DNA from: a virus
Taxonomy: Duplodnaviria; Heunggongvirae; Uroviricota; Caudoviricetes
Length of the DNA: 64,000 bases
IMG/VR virus record: IMGVR_UViG_3300047159_000049
Reading direction: 5' to 3' (one strand)
Shown here: piece after piece, positions 20,052 to 29,514 of the stretch
Layout of the letters: every line of letters begins with the position of its first letter
Numbering within the stretch: position 1 is the stretch's first letter
The notes under the pieces: model-generated
What the model was told of the DNA's origin: nothing
The model's input: only the letters and a program-made list of their open reading frames with translations
Database searches by the model: none
Translations under genes and position numbers: made by a program

Positions 20052-20366
20052 ATGGAAAATAAAAATAATTCCGCTGAAGACAAGGCAGACAAAGCCTGCC
20101 TCAAAGCGGCGAAGGAGAATGGCATCCTCGAGTCTGATTTCTCTCTGTCGAAAGACACCGACACCGGATTCTGGTGGGCCAATCTCAAAGCGACGTCGTT
20201 CGTCATCTTCGGCATCGGCGAAGGAGTCCATGACTTCGAGCCTGTGACCGACGATGAGTCGAAGAAGCGAGCCTTGCGCCAGGCGATGATCAGGACCGGA
20301 AAGGCCTTGCTCAATCCCAGGCTCAAAGACAAGCTGCTCTTCGACATCAAATCAAATCGATCCTAA
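20052..20366 (+). CDS. hypothetical protein
   Basis: ATG after an AGGAGG RBS. The AT-rich motif encodes residues 2-7. Confidence 0.5.
   Translation: MENKNNSAEDKADKACLKAAKENGILESDFSLSKDTDTGFWWANLKATSFVIFGIGEGVHDFEPVTDDESKKRALRQAMIRTGKALLNPRLKDKLLFDIKSNRS
20054..20072 (+). repeat. AT-motif copy GGAAAATAAAAATAATTCC
   Basis: Begins in the start codon, encodes MENKNNS. Confidence 0.7.
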
Positions 20367-20425
20367 AACATTCGATTCCTTCACAAATTCTTCAACAATG
20401 AATTATGACGTCGGAGGCTTAAGCG

Positions 20426-21229
20426 ATGAGTAAAAAAACATTCAAATGCCCGTTCTGCTCCAAGAAATACGTCCTCAAAGACGCGATCTATGACCACATG
20501 GAGAAAGAGCATCACGACGACCTTTGCGGGCTGCCGGCATGCCAGGTGTGGTTCAATTGGAACAACGGATATCCCATCACCAAAGCGACAGGCAGATCCG
20601 TCATGAGCGGAAAGCCGACGAAGTTCAACGTCAATTCATGCAGATACGAGAGATTCGCCGACGACGAAGAGCGCAAGCAATATCGCGAATACTTCCGCCA
20701 GAATATGATAAAGGCGTTCGGCAAAGACAATCTTCTCAACGACATCGACCATCAAAAGGAGATGCTCGCCGACAGAGGGATATCAGGCCAATACCTTTGG
20801 AGCGATGGAAAGACGCGTACGACGTACACCGGCTCATATGAGAGAAAGTTCCTGGAGTTCCTCGATCTCTACATGGGATGGGACAATCCAGAGGACGTGA
20901 TGGCGCCTGCCCCTATGACGTTCCCCTACACGGACGACGAGGGAAAGAGCCATCTGCACATACCGGACTTCTACATATCCTCGCTCAATATGATCATCAA
21001 CGTGAAAGCAGCCGATAACATGCATTATCGCCTGAGGGACATCGCATATGAAAAACTTGAAGATGCCGCCATAAAACAGTCATCGTTCAATTACGTCAAG
21101 GTATACGACAACAATTTCGAGCCATTCGCAGACGCAGTCCAGACCATAAGGGAATCGGATCCAAAGGATAAGATACGAGTGTTCCTTGAGGATCCGGCGC
21201 CATCGGCAGACAACGGCATCGTACTGTAA
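20426..21229 (+). CDS. zinc-finger protein, possible nuclease-like C-terminus
   Basis: N-terminal CPFCSKKY...H..EKEHH C2H2-like finger. Confidence 0.4.
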   Translation: MSKKTFKCPFCSKKYVLKDAIYDHMEKEHHDDLCGLPACQVWFNWNNGYPITKATGRSVMSGKPTKFNVNSCRYERFADDEERKQYREYFRQNMIKAFGKDNLLNDIDHQKEMLADRGISGQYLWSDGKTRTTYTGSYERKFLEFLDLYMGWDNPEDVMAPAPMTFPYTDDEGKSHLHIPDFYISSLNMIINVKAADNMHYRLRDIAYEKLEDAAIKQSSFNYVKVYDNNFEPFADAVQTIRESDPKDKIRVFLEDPAPSADNGIVL

Positions 21230-21248
21230 ACAGCAAATTCCGTTATCG

Positions 21249-21278
21249 GGATATATGATTTGTATGCATTGAGAAGAG
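21249..21278 (+). promoter_or_regulatory. GATATATGAT-family element copy 4
   Basis: GATATATGATTTGTATGCATTGAGAAGAGG, about 50 nt before the ATG at 21327. Confidence 0.45.
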
Positions 21279-21326
21279 GTTCCTTTAAATCGGAGCTTCT
21301 TTTTATGCCAATGAAGGAGGCCATGT

Positions 21327-22895
21327 ATGGCAAACATTGAACAGGCGAAACGAATCGCCAAAATCGCCAGCTATCTCAACATAGTTGACGGACACAAAGG
21401 ATTAGCGATCACACCGCTGATCTCAGGAGCTCAGGGCATCGGCAAATCGCAGATCTGCTCTGGAGCCGCCAAGGAAATGGGTGGATTCGGATTCACCATT
21501 GAAGGCGGCACCCTCAAGGACGGCGAGATCACCGGCCTTCCGCTTGCTTATCACGATCCGGTAACCAATGAAGACAAATTCAAATTCGTTCCGTATCACG
21601 TCACTTATTCGGTCATGAAGCTCCAAGACGAGATCTATTCTCACGCCACCAAAGAAGGCTTCCTCGGCGGCCGCGTTCGCATTATCGAAAAAGACATCAC
21701 AGATACTTTCAAAGGCCCCGATGGCAAAGATACTACCAAGGTCATCGCGCATGCCGGAGACACCGTTGTTTTCGATACGAAAGGGCACGTCTATCAAGTG
21801 GTCAGCAAATGGACCAATGAAGAAGCTGCCGTCAAAGGCGATCAGAATAAGCATCAGTTCGGCGAGGATCTCCTTCCTGAAGTCAAGCGCGAGCTCATCG
21901 AATCCGGAGACATCAAGCCGGTGATTCTGTTCTTCGATGAAATCAACCGCACTCCTCAAGAGACCATGAAGGAGCTGATGAACGTCATCCTCAACCGCGA
22001 GGTCAACGGCTACGAATTCCCGTGGTGGGTCTCCATCATCGCCGCCCAGAACCCGAGCTCTCAGAACTCGAGCTTCTCCGTCAACCAGATGGACCCTGCG
22101 CAGCTCGACCGTTTCATGAAGATCAAGGTCAACCCCGACTTCGAGAAATGGTGCCAGTGGGCGCTTGACCATGGCATGAACCTGGAATATCTCCAGGCGC
22201 TCACCGCGGCCAACTCCGGCCTTTCCAAGAACGACAACAACACGGTGTTCTGCGTCAAAGACGCCGGCACCGAAGATACCGAGAACATGGATCCGTCTCC
22301 ACGGTCTCACGAAATCTGCTCGAACATCATCAGCGGATACGATCTGGTCAAGTCCAGCAATCTCTTCACGAAGGAAGAGAAGGAAAGCCTCGACGCCGAT
22401 ATCGAGACCATGATCCTCGGCAAGATCGGCACCACCGCCGGCAACTCGATTCTCAAGTGCTTGCAAGATAAGAGCTCCCGCATCAATCCGAACGAGGTTC
22501 TCACCGGCGCCAGCAAAGAGATCGACAAATCGACCATGATGAAGCTCTCTCAGATGCGCTTCATGGCGAAGACGATCATGAGCCGCAGCATCGTCAACTA
22601 CATCGCAGACAACTACGATGCTTGGTTCGCAGCCCGCAAGGCAAATCCGAAATTCTTCGACAATGTCTTGGGCGCCGACGGCCAGTTCATCCAATTCGTC
22701 AAGTCCCTCGACCGCGCGAATGAGGTTGACCTCTATCGCTACGTCCGTGGCAAGCACACCGCTGAAGGCCGCGATCTCCGCCACGAGCTCGACGACGGCA
22801 AGTGCGCGCGGCTCGCTTCGGCGTTGATCAACGGCGTCAACTCGTCCTGCGAAAGCATCGACAAGCTCGACGCGATGACCAATCCGAAAAAATAA
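21327..22895 (+). CDS. MoxR/CobS-like AAA+ ATPase (AAA_5)
   Basis: Walker A GAQGIGKS. Walker B VILFFDEINR. AAQNP sensor. Confidence 0.65.
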   Translation: MANIEQAKRIAKIASYLNIVDGHKGLAITPLISGAQGIGKSQICSGAAKEMGGFGFTIEGGTLKDGEITGLPLAYHDPVTNEDKFKFVPYHVTYSVMKLQDEIYSHATKEGFLGGRVRIIEKDITDTFKGPDGKDTTKVIAHAGDTVVFDTKGHVYQVVSKWTNEEAAVKGDQNKHQFGEDLLPEVKRELIESGDIKPVILFFDEINRTPQETMKELMNVILNREVNGYEFPWWVSIIAAQNPSSQNSSFSVNQMDPAQLDRFMKIKVNPDFEKWCQWALDHGMNLEYLQALTAANSGLSKNDNNTVFCVKDAGTEDTENMDPSPRSHEICSNIISGYDLVKSSNLFTKEEKESLDADIETMILGKIGTTAGNSILKCLQDKSSRINPNEVLTGASKEIDKSTMMKLSQMRFMAKTIMSRSIVNYIADNYDAWFAARKANPKFFDNVLGADGQFIQFVKSLDRANEVDLYRYVRGKHTAEGRDLRHELDDGKCARLASALINGVNSSCESIDKLDAMTNPKK

Positions 22896-22906
22896 ATAAA
22901 ATCGCC
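22884..22906 (+). repeat. AT-motif variant
   Basis: Spans the stop codon of the AAA+ gene. Confidence 0.4.
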
Positions 22907-22963
22907 GAATGCCCCCAGGACCAACAATCCTGAGGGCGCCCCGATTTGGAAAGGGTATCAGAA

Positions 22964-24655
22964 ATGTCATCAGATTTAACCTCGGCTCAGGTAGCCGAGA
23001 AATACCGAGATTGCCAAGAAGCGATCCGGGCTGCAATGAAGCCTCATCCATCCGAAGACGGCGATCAGTCTGCAGCTGCGATGGTGGCTAAGATAGCGGC
23101 CTCGACGCCAGGAGTCATGGCGAGCCAGCAGCTAAACGACGAAGCCAGCCCGCAGAAATTCGACATCGACAAGTCGTTCATCCCCGTCATCGAGGACACG
23201 TTCCTTCCGGTCTATGACTGGATCAAGGCGTCGCTTGTCGTCTCAGAAGATTGCTACTTCGGCATCCTTTTGATGAACATGGATATGAAGTTCGACCTCA
23301 GCCAGCAAGGCTTCGTCGACATCGACGTGTCCAACGTCATCATGAAGCTCAAGATCAATCCGTTTTACATCATCAACTACACGATCAAGGAAGCCCGCAC
23401 GCTGATCGTCGCCGAACTGACGAAGATCACGATGCAGCATCCTCTCGACTATCTCAACATCAACCGCGCCAATGACCAAGGCGTCCACAATGAGCTTGAG
23501 AAAGCCTCAAGCGCGTCCATCTCCGAGATGCTGATCCACGATCTTTCGCTCAAGGCGAAGATGGATCCGACTTCCGGCAGCGGGCTTTCGATCCCGAAAG
23601 GGTACTATACGAAGTCCGATATGGAGCATGAAGTCGGGTACACCGCTCAGAAGGAATCCGACCTCAAATACTATTACGATTTCTATCATTCTCATCGCAA
23701 GCCTCAGAAGCCTGGCCAAAATCAGCAGAAACCCGGGCAAGGCCAAGGACAAGGTCAGGGCCAAGGACAGGGACAAAGCGACTCCGGTCAAGGCCAAGGC
23801 CAAGATCAGGGCGATCCCAATGGGATCTCAGCCCCAGGAAACTCGAACGGGCATCCTACTCATCAGTGGGAAACCCAAGGCGATCCCGACCTCGTCAAGA
23901 ACAACATCTCAGACAGCGTCAAGACCGCATGGGAGAAGTACCTTGAGCAAGACAATGATTCGTCGTCTCGTCTCAGAGGTCTCATGCCAGCCGATATGGT
24001 CGCGTCGATCGAGGATCTCCTCAAGAAGCCAAGAACCTCTCTGTGGAAGATCATCAAGAACATGCTCGGGACCCTTCCGGTTCCGTACAGAGCGACGAGA
24101 ATGCGGCTCAATCGCCGGCAGCCTTATCGCCCAGACTTGCCTGGACGCCTTCCGAAGTACAAGATCAAGATCATCGTGGCCATCGACACATCAGGGTCTG
24201 TCTCTGACGAAGCAATCTCATACTTCCTCAACGAGATCGCCCTTTTGTGCAAGAGCTATGAATCCGAGATCATCGTCATCGAATGCGATGCCGCCATCGG
24301 CGCCATCTACACGATGAAGAAGCCCGGCGACATCCATAAGGAAGTCAGCGGGCGCGGCGGAACCAGCTACATGCCGGTCATCAGATGGATCAACGGCGTC
24401 AAAGACGAATACTCCGACCCGAAATGGTTCGACGATCCGAGATGCGGCCGCCTTCAAGACGCGCTGCTCATCTACTTCACCGATGGCTTTGGCGACGACG
24501 AGATCGACAAGCCGAAGACCTCTAAGAACATCTGGGTCGTTCTGGATGATTCCGACAATCTCTCGGTTAAGAATCCGTACGGCCAAGTTCTGTCGATGTC
24601 ATCCGATCCGAATCCTGAATGGAAGAGCATCCACGGGAACAGCAGAGGCTATTAA
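22964..24655 (+). CDS. vWA-domain protein (CobT/ViaA-like partner of the AAA+ ATPase) with a GQ repeat
   Basis: MIDAS IVAIDTSGSVSD. (GQ)n low-complexity linker. Confidence 0.6.
   Translation: MSSDLTSAQVAEKYRDCQEAIRAAMKPHPSEDGDQSAAAMVAKIAASTPGVMASQQLNDEASPQKFDIDKSFIPVIEDTFLPVYDWIKASLVVSEDCYFGILLMNMDMKFDLSQQGFVDIDVSNVIMKLKINPFYIINYTIKEARTLIVAELTKITMQHPLDYLNINRANDQGVHNELEKASSASISEMLIHDLSLKAKMDPTSGSGLSIPKGYYTKSDMEHEVGYTAQKESDLKYYYDFYHSHRKPQKPGQNQQKPGQGQGQGQGQGQGQSDSGQGQGQDQGDPNGISAPGNSNGHPTHQWETQGDPDLVKNNISDSVKTAWEKYLEQDNDSSSRLRGLMPADMVASIEDLLKKPRTSLWKIIKNMLGTLPVPYRATRMRLNRRQPYRPDLPGRLPKYKIKIIVAIDTSGSVSDEAISYFLNEIALLCKSYESEIIVIECDAAIGAIYTMKKPGDIHKEVSGRGGTSYMPVIRWINGVKDEYSDPKWFDDPRCGRLQDALLIYFTDGFGDDEIDKPKTSKNIWVVLDDSDNLSVKNPYGQVLSMSSDPNPEWKSIHGNSRGY
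23736..23812 (+). repeat. tandem hexanucleotide (GGMCAR)n encoding a (GQ)n linker
   Basis: GGCCAAGGACAAGGTCAGGGCCAAGGACAGGGACAA... Confidence 0.6.
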
Positions 24656-24661
24656 AGGCCT

Positions 24662-24877
24662 TTGCCGTTTCCTGGACGGCCTCCGTCTGCTAAAAAGAAA
24701 GCCAATGATGGCGATTTCATCGACGGCAACGACGGAGACGCTTCCGACCATTATAATGGGCCCGACTACGAAGAAAACGATATGGAGTTCGAATCCGCTA
24801 AAGAGTGTTCTCCGTCAAAGACCAAGGAATTTTGGAAAGAGATGGGAGAAGGTTATCGTGATTACGATGATCAATAA
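24662..24877 (+). CDS. small acidic protein
   Basis: ORF of 71 aa. Confidence 0.35.
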   Translation: MPFPGRPPSAKKKANDGDFIDGNDGDASDHYNGPDYEENDMEFESAKECSPSKTKEFWKEMGEGYRDYDDQ

Positions 24878-24913
24878 GATGGAACGATAGTTTCATCGGA
24901 AAGGAAAAAACTT
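24878..24913 (+). promoter_or_regulatory. conserved intercistronic leader GATGGAACGATAGTTTCATCGGAAAGGA copy 1
   Basis: Starts right after the upstream stop and contains the RBS of the 24914 gene. Confidence 0.55.
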
Positions 24914-25267
24914 ATGGATAGAAAATGCATCGAATACCTGCTTGCGCAAACCGCGAACATGGCAAATGGCTATCATGGATTCGATTTCTACGCGCAAGAC
25001 GCCGAAGTCGAAAATGAGGTCATTGACGACGGAGTAATCAACGCTGTCATTTACTTTCGCAAGGAAGGATTCAAACCATGCTATATCCTGACGGATGACT
25101 ATCAGGCGGCGGCGCTTGAGAAAGGACTCACCGGAATCGCCATCGTGGGCGTCTATAACCCCGACTCACATAGCGATCTGAAATATGACGTCTTCCCTGT
25201 GCGTTTCGTTAATGGGGAAGAAGTCGATATGGTCACCAAAGAGCCGAAAAAGAAAGGAGGCAAATAG
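24914..25267 (+). CDS. hypothetical protein
   Basis: Preceded by the conserved intercistronic element and RBS. Confidence 0.5.
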   Translation: MDRKCIEYLLAQTANMANGYHGFDFYAQDAEVENEVIDDGVINAVIYFRKEGFKPCYILTDDYQAAALEKGLTGIAIVGVYNPDSHSDLKYDVFPVRFVNGEEVDMVTKEPKKKGGK

Positions 25268-25448
25268 TATGATCGTCGTCTATATCTACGAGGACATGTC
25301 GTTCCTTGTCGATTACGAAGGCTATGGATATTCAAACGAACCGAGTGTCGTTAATGCTTACGTCAATGCAATCAAAGCAACAGTCTCTGAAGAAGATTTC
25401 AATCGTATTCAAGACTATTGTATCAGACACAAATACGAACAGCTTTAA
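25268..25448 (+). CDS. small hypothetical protein
   Basis: ATG after an AAAGGAGG RBS. Confidence 0.45.
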
Positions 25449-25453
25449 TTTAG

Positions 25454-25487
25454 ATGGAACGATAGTTTCATCGGAAAGGAAAAATTT
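25454..25487 (+). promoter_or_regulatory. conserved intercistronic leader copy 2
   Basis: Identical 30-mer. Confidence 0.55.
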
Positions 25488-25658
25488 ATGAAATATACCT
25501 TAACTATTACTATCAACGCCAAAGACAAGGAGGAGGTTGCCGATAAATTAGCGAACAAAATTGAAATCGCCAACTCTGAGTTCCAGTTACCCGATTCAGA
25601 ATGGCTACACAGAGCCGGTTTCCATTTTGCGCGTCGTCATGCCAAGGAGGGCAAATAA
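25488..25658 (+). CDS. small protein, paralogous to the N-terminus of the next gene
   Basis: MKYTLTITINAKDKEEVADKL...EIANSEFQ versus MKITITATVNADDDSEALEQF...DIANEKFQ. Confidence 0.45.
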   Translation: MKYTLTITINAKDKEEVADKLANKIEIANSEFQLPDSEWLHRAGFHFARRHAKEGK

Positions 25659-25664
25659 TATGAA

Positions 25665-26271
25665 AATCACTATTACTGCCACAGTCAATGCCGACGATGA
25701 TTCCGAGGCGCTTGAGCAATTCCAGCAAAAAATGGATATTGCCAACGAAAAGTTCCAAATCGATGCGGGCAATCCGCCCGATCTGAAATGGGCCAAAGCC
25801 GTTGGTTTGAAGTTTAAAGACTTCATTCCGGGCTATGGCTACAAACTCATCATAAAAGACTGGGCCGACACCGATAATTTCAACGGCCCGAGTTGCTTTA
25901 CCGATTCCGTTGTTTTCACGACTGAAGAACTGGCTAAGCGCGCGTTGCGTTTGGTCTTCATCGCGAAAGCTGACGGATACTGCGATGTCGATGGCGGCCT
26001 GCTGACGCCCGACAAGACCGATGTCATCCAAAACTGCGACGACCTGTATCGTGTCCTTTTGACAAAAGATAAAGCCAGCGTCATGTTCGGCGATGGGTGT
26101 GGGTTCGGCCTGAAAATCCAACGGGTCAAACTCGCCAATCTGAAACATAAACCGCTTGCGGCCATCAGCAAGAGCATCGCTGATAACGAAATCACAAAGG
26201 AGGTACAGGAAATCGATGCCAAATTAGTTAAGGCAATCGACCGAGGTCATGACGATTACGATAAGATTTAG
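25665..26271 (+). CDS. hypothetical protein
   Basis: ATG after an AAGGAGGG RBS. Confidence 0.5.
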
Positions 26272-26308
26272 GTGAAACGATAGTTCCATCGGAAAGGAGG
26301 CGATAGCA
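26271..26308 (+). promoter_or_regulatory. conserved intercistronic leader copy 3 (GGTGAAACGATAGTTCCATCGGAAAGGAGG)
   Basis: One or two substitutions. Confidence 0.5.
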
Positions 26309-26464
26309 ATGCCAATGTACGCAATTACATATTACACACAGACAAAAACGGTTTATGTGCGTGCGAACAACCCCAGTCAAGCAAAAAACCTGGTTACGAA
26401 CGATGACCTGGCTCATGCAGAATCCAACGATGTCGTCGATGATGATCCGCTTGTCGAAAAAATA
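26309..26464 (+). CDS. small hypothetical protein
   Basis: ATG after a GGAAAGGAGG RBS. Confidence 0.4.
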
Positions 26465-26487
26465 AAAGACTAAAGGAGGCCCAAATA

Positions 26488-26505
26488 TGGACTAACGATA
26501 GCATC
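26488..26505 (+). promoter_or_regulatory. degenerate copy 4 (GGACTAACGATAGCATC) before the ClpA-like gene
   Basis: Partial match. Confidence 0.3.
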
Positions 26506-28770
26506 ATGACCTCTCCGATCGATGACGATGTCAACAGCATCTTCAACGAATTCATGGTGAAGTTCGCGTGCGATTATGGCCATACCACGATCGGCACTCA
26601 GCATCTTTATCTTGGAGTCATGGCTTTCTTAAACAAGCACTCCGGATCCGGAGACAAATACAGCGATCTGTTCGGCAAAATGCAAGCGATCCTTTCCAAG
26701 TACGGAATGTCGGATCTCGCTTTCGCCACGGCGATGTTCAGCATCTATCCGAAGTGCCATATCATCGATCCAAGCACCGATCCTGAGATGAGCTCTGACA
26801 ACGATATCCAGACCATTGTCTCAAAGCTTCAGCGCCAAGCGATCAAAGAGAGCCGAACGCTTGGGGTTCCGAATCTCATGATCCAGCTCTTCGCCGACAG
26901 CGACAAAGCTCCGTTCAATCTCAGAAAGATCTTCATCAAGGCTTTCACCGATACGAAGCGGCCGGAGAAAGTCCAGAGCATGTACGATGAATTCATCGAG
27001 ATGTTCAAGCCCGACGCCGAGACCAAATCGAGCAATCAAGGAATCGCTGATATCTGCGAGAAAACCGATTTCCTCACCGACATCAACGCTCTCGTAGCCG
27101 ATTGTCCGCATTCGATCGTCGGCGGAGACGATCTCATCAAGTCGATCTCGGTCGGCCTGATCGGAAAGAACAAACGCAGCGTCGTGCTCACTGGCATGGC
27201 CGGCGTCGGAAAGACCGAGGCGGTGTATGACTTGGCTCAGCGCATCAATGCTGGCAAAGCCCCTTCCGCCATCAACGTCAAGCATATCTATCGTCTCAAT
27301 CTCGATAAGATCTCCGCTGGCGGAACCTATCCCGGCATGATCGAAGGCCGCCTTGGCGTCGTTCTCGATGCCGCGGCCGCAGACCATAATTCGATCTTGT
27401 TCGTCGATGAGGCTCAGTATCTGTTCACCATCGCAGAGATGGGATCTCCGATCATCAGCATCATCAAGCCGTATCTTTCCGATGGAAGCGTGTCAATGAT
27501 CATGACGATCACCGACAGCGATTTCCACAAATACTTCTCCAAGGACAGCGGGTTCTCCCGCCGGCTTCGCGAGATCCATGTGAAAGAGCCGTCTGACGAA
27601 GACACCAAGACCATCCTGCTTGGCATCCGCGGCGACAAAGACAAATTCTATGGCATGACGCTCTCCGACGACATCGTCAGCGAGATCGCGACATTGTCGA
27701 AGAAATACTCGCTCAACAAAGCAAATCCTGATAAGTCGATCGACATGATGGACCTCGCTTATTCTTATGCGAAGGTCACTCATCCGGCAGACAAGAACGT
27801 CACCAAAGACGATTTGGTCGACGCCATCACGCAGCAATACGGAATCCACGTCTCGAAGGACAATGCCACCGAGACCGAGAAAGCGCTGCATGAGAAGCTG
27901 CTCGGGCAAGACGAAGCGATCAATCAGATCGCCTGGTCTCTCAGAACGATCGATCTTGGTTTGTACAATCCTGAGAAGCCGATGCTCTCGATGCTCTTCG
28001 CCGGACCGACCGGAGTCGGCAAAACCGAATCCGCCCGCATCATCGCGAAGAACTATTTCGGCAAGTCCGATGCGCTCATCAAACTGAGCATGGGCGAATA
28101 CGCGGATGAGATCAGCTACAACAAGCTCATCGGCTCCGCTCCTGGCTATGTCGGCTATGATGACGACACCGGCCTGCTCGCAAGCATCAAGCGCAATCCG
28201 TGCTCGCTCGTTCTCTTCGATGAGATCGAGAAGGCGCATCCGAAAGTGCTCAAGACCTTGCTCAGCATGCTCGACGACGGCATCGTGAATGACTCTCATG
28301 GCGACGAGGTTTCGTTCCGCAACGCCATCATCGTGTTCACGACAAACCTCGGATACGATTCAGAATCGACCAATACGAGCGGCATGGGCGAGATCAAGGT
28401 CATGGACGACAAGCACGACGCTGAGATGGCGATCACCAAGTACTTCCCGCCTGAGTTCAAGGCGAGAATCAACAAAGTGGTCATCTTCAACCGTCTTGAC
28501 GATCGCGTGTTCGACTCGCTGATCAAGAGATACCATGAGATGTATGAGACGCTCTCCGGAGGCAAGGTCAAAGTGGCCTTCACCAAAGAAGACATCGACG
28601 CGATCAAGGTCGCTGCCGACATCGAGAACAAAGGAGCCCGCGGGCTTGACGAGGCTGTTCGCAGCCAGATCCAGACCGCATATGAGCGCCAGATCTCCGA
28701 AACGGCTAAGCTCTTCGCGGCGTCTAAGCTGGCCACGGCGTCCAAAGCCACGGCCAAGAAAGGTAAGTGA
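26506..28770 (+). CDS. ClpA/ClpC-like double AAA+ unfoldase
   Basis: Clp-N-like IGTQHLYLGV. D1 GMAGVGKTEAV...ILFVDEAQ. D2 FAGPTGVGKTESAR...LVLFDEIEKAHP. Confidence 0.8.
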   Translation: MTSPIDDDVNSIFNEFMVKFACDYGHTTIGTQHLYLGVMAFLNKHSGSGDKYSDLFGKMQAILSKYGMSDLAFATAMFSIYPKCHIIDPSTDPEMSSDNDIQTIVSKLQRQAIKESRTLGVPNLMIQLFADSDKAPFNLRKIFIKAFTDTKRPEKVQSMYDEFIEMFKPDAETKSSNQGIADICEKTDFLTDINALVADCPHSIVGGDDLIKSISVGLIGKNKRSVVLTGMAGVGKTEAVYDLAQRINAGKAPSAINVKHIYRLNLDKISAGGTYPGMIEGRLGVVLDAAAADHNSILFVDEAQYLFTIAEMGSPIISIIKPYLSDGSVSMIMTITDSDFHKYFSKDSGFSRRLREIHVKEPSDEDTKTILLGIRGDKDKFYGMTLSDDIVSEIATLSKKYSLNKANPDKSIDMMDLAYSYAKVTHPADKNVTKDDLVDAITQQYGIHVSKDNATETEKALHEKLLGQDEAINQIAWSLRTIDLGLYNPEKPMLSMLFAGPTGVGKTESARIIAKNYFGKSDALIKLSMGEYADEISYNKLIGSAPGYVGYDDDTGLLASIKRNPCSLVLFDEIEKAHPKVLKTLLSMLDDGIVNDSHGDEVSFRNAIIVFTTNLGYDSESTNTSGMGEIKVMDDKHDAEMAITKYFPPEFKARINKVVIFNRLDDRVFDSLIKRYHEMYETLSGGKVKVAFTKEDIDAIKVAADIENKGARGLDEAVRSQIQTAYERQISETAKLFAASKLATASKATAKKGK

Positions 28771-28775
28771 TCGTT

Positions 28776-29456
28776 ATGTCAAAGCCAGTTATGGAAGGAT
28801 ACGAGCCTGAACAGCAGGCCGTCACATTCCAAGATTCTATCGCGACTTCCTTGTATAAGGATCGTGTTGTTCTGCTTTACGGCGAGGTGTCGGAGCAATC
28901 CGCCAGCCTCGTCATCGCGGAGCTCAAGAACCTCAGCAAGAAAGATCCAAAGAAGCCTATCGAGCTCGACATCATGTCGGGCGGAGGCGATATCACGGCA
29001 GGGCTCGCCATCGTCGATCAGATGATGGAGATCCAAGCGCCGATCATCACGGTCTGCAAAGGCTTCTGCGCCTCGATGGCGGCGGTCATCTTCTCGAGCG
29101 GCGATTACCGGCTCGTTCAGAAACACGGGTTCGTCCTGATCCATCAGGGCCGCACGTATCATCAGAACGAAATGGAGACCGTCCTCGACGCCGATGCCAG
29201 CCAGAAGATGATGCACATGCTCAATGACGCATGCCTCAATCTCTTGGCGGACAACTCCGGCAAGACCTATGAGCAGATCAACGCCGACACCCAGCGCGAC
29301 AACAACATGTCCGCCGAAGAGACCGTCAAATACGGTTTGGCCGACGCGGTCATGGAGTATGGCAAGCCGCTCGTCTTCAACAGCGACGACGTGTCTAAGC
29401 TCCGCAAGCGATACGTCCAGAATGCCGAGCGCAAAGCCAAGCAGTCTGGGAAATAA
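28776..29456 (+). CDS. ClpP-family serine peptidase
   Basis: GFCASMAA (Ser), VLIHQG (His) and a downstream Asp in the ClpP arrangement. Confidence 0.7.
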   Translation: MSKPVMEGYEPEQQAVTFQDSIATSLYKDRVVLLYGEVSEQSASLVIAELKNLSKKDPKKPIELDIMSGGGDITAGLAIVDQMMEIQAPIITVCKGFCASMAAVIFSSGDYRLVQKHGFVLIHQGRTYHQNEMETVLDADASQKMMHMLNDACLNLLADNSGKTYEQINADTQRDNNMSAEETVKYGLADAVMEYGKPLVFNSDDVSKLRKRYVQNAERKAKQSGK

Positions 29457-29470
29457 ATAAATAAATCCGG
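29448..29470 (+). repeat. AT-motif copy GGGAAATAAATAAATAAATCCGG
   Basis: Spans the ClpP stop, then a GC hairpin. Confidence 0.6.
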
Positions 29471-29514
29471 GATCGGGCCATTCCGGTCCCGGGCTTATGG
29501 AAGGAGGCACTATT

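Noticed and set aside
21423-23051. 542-aa ORF on the - strand antisense to the AAA+ gene. Similar long antisense ORFs occur at 396-1118, 13865-14695, 27493-28299, 28779-29576, 34010-34528, 39219-39857, 41862-42509 and 42923-43393.
   Set aside because: They are Arg/Ala/Gly/Leu-rich with no motifs, and they fully overlap well-supported sense genes.
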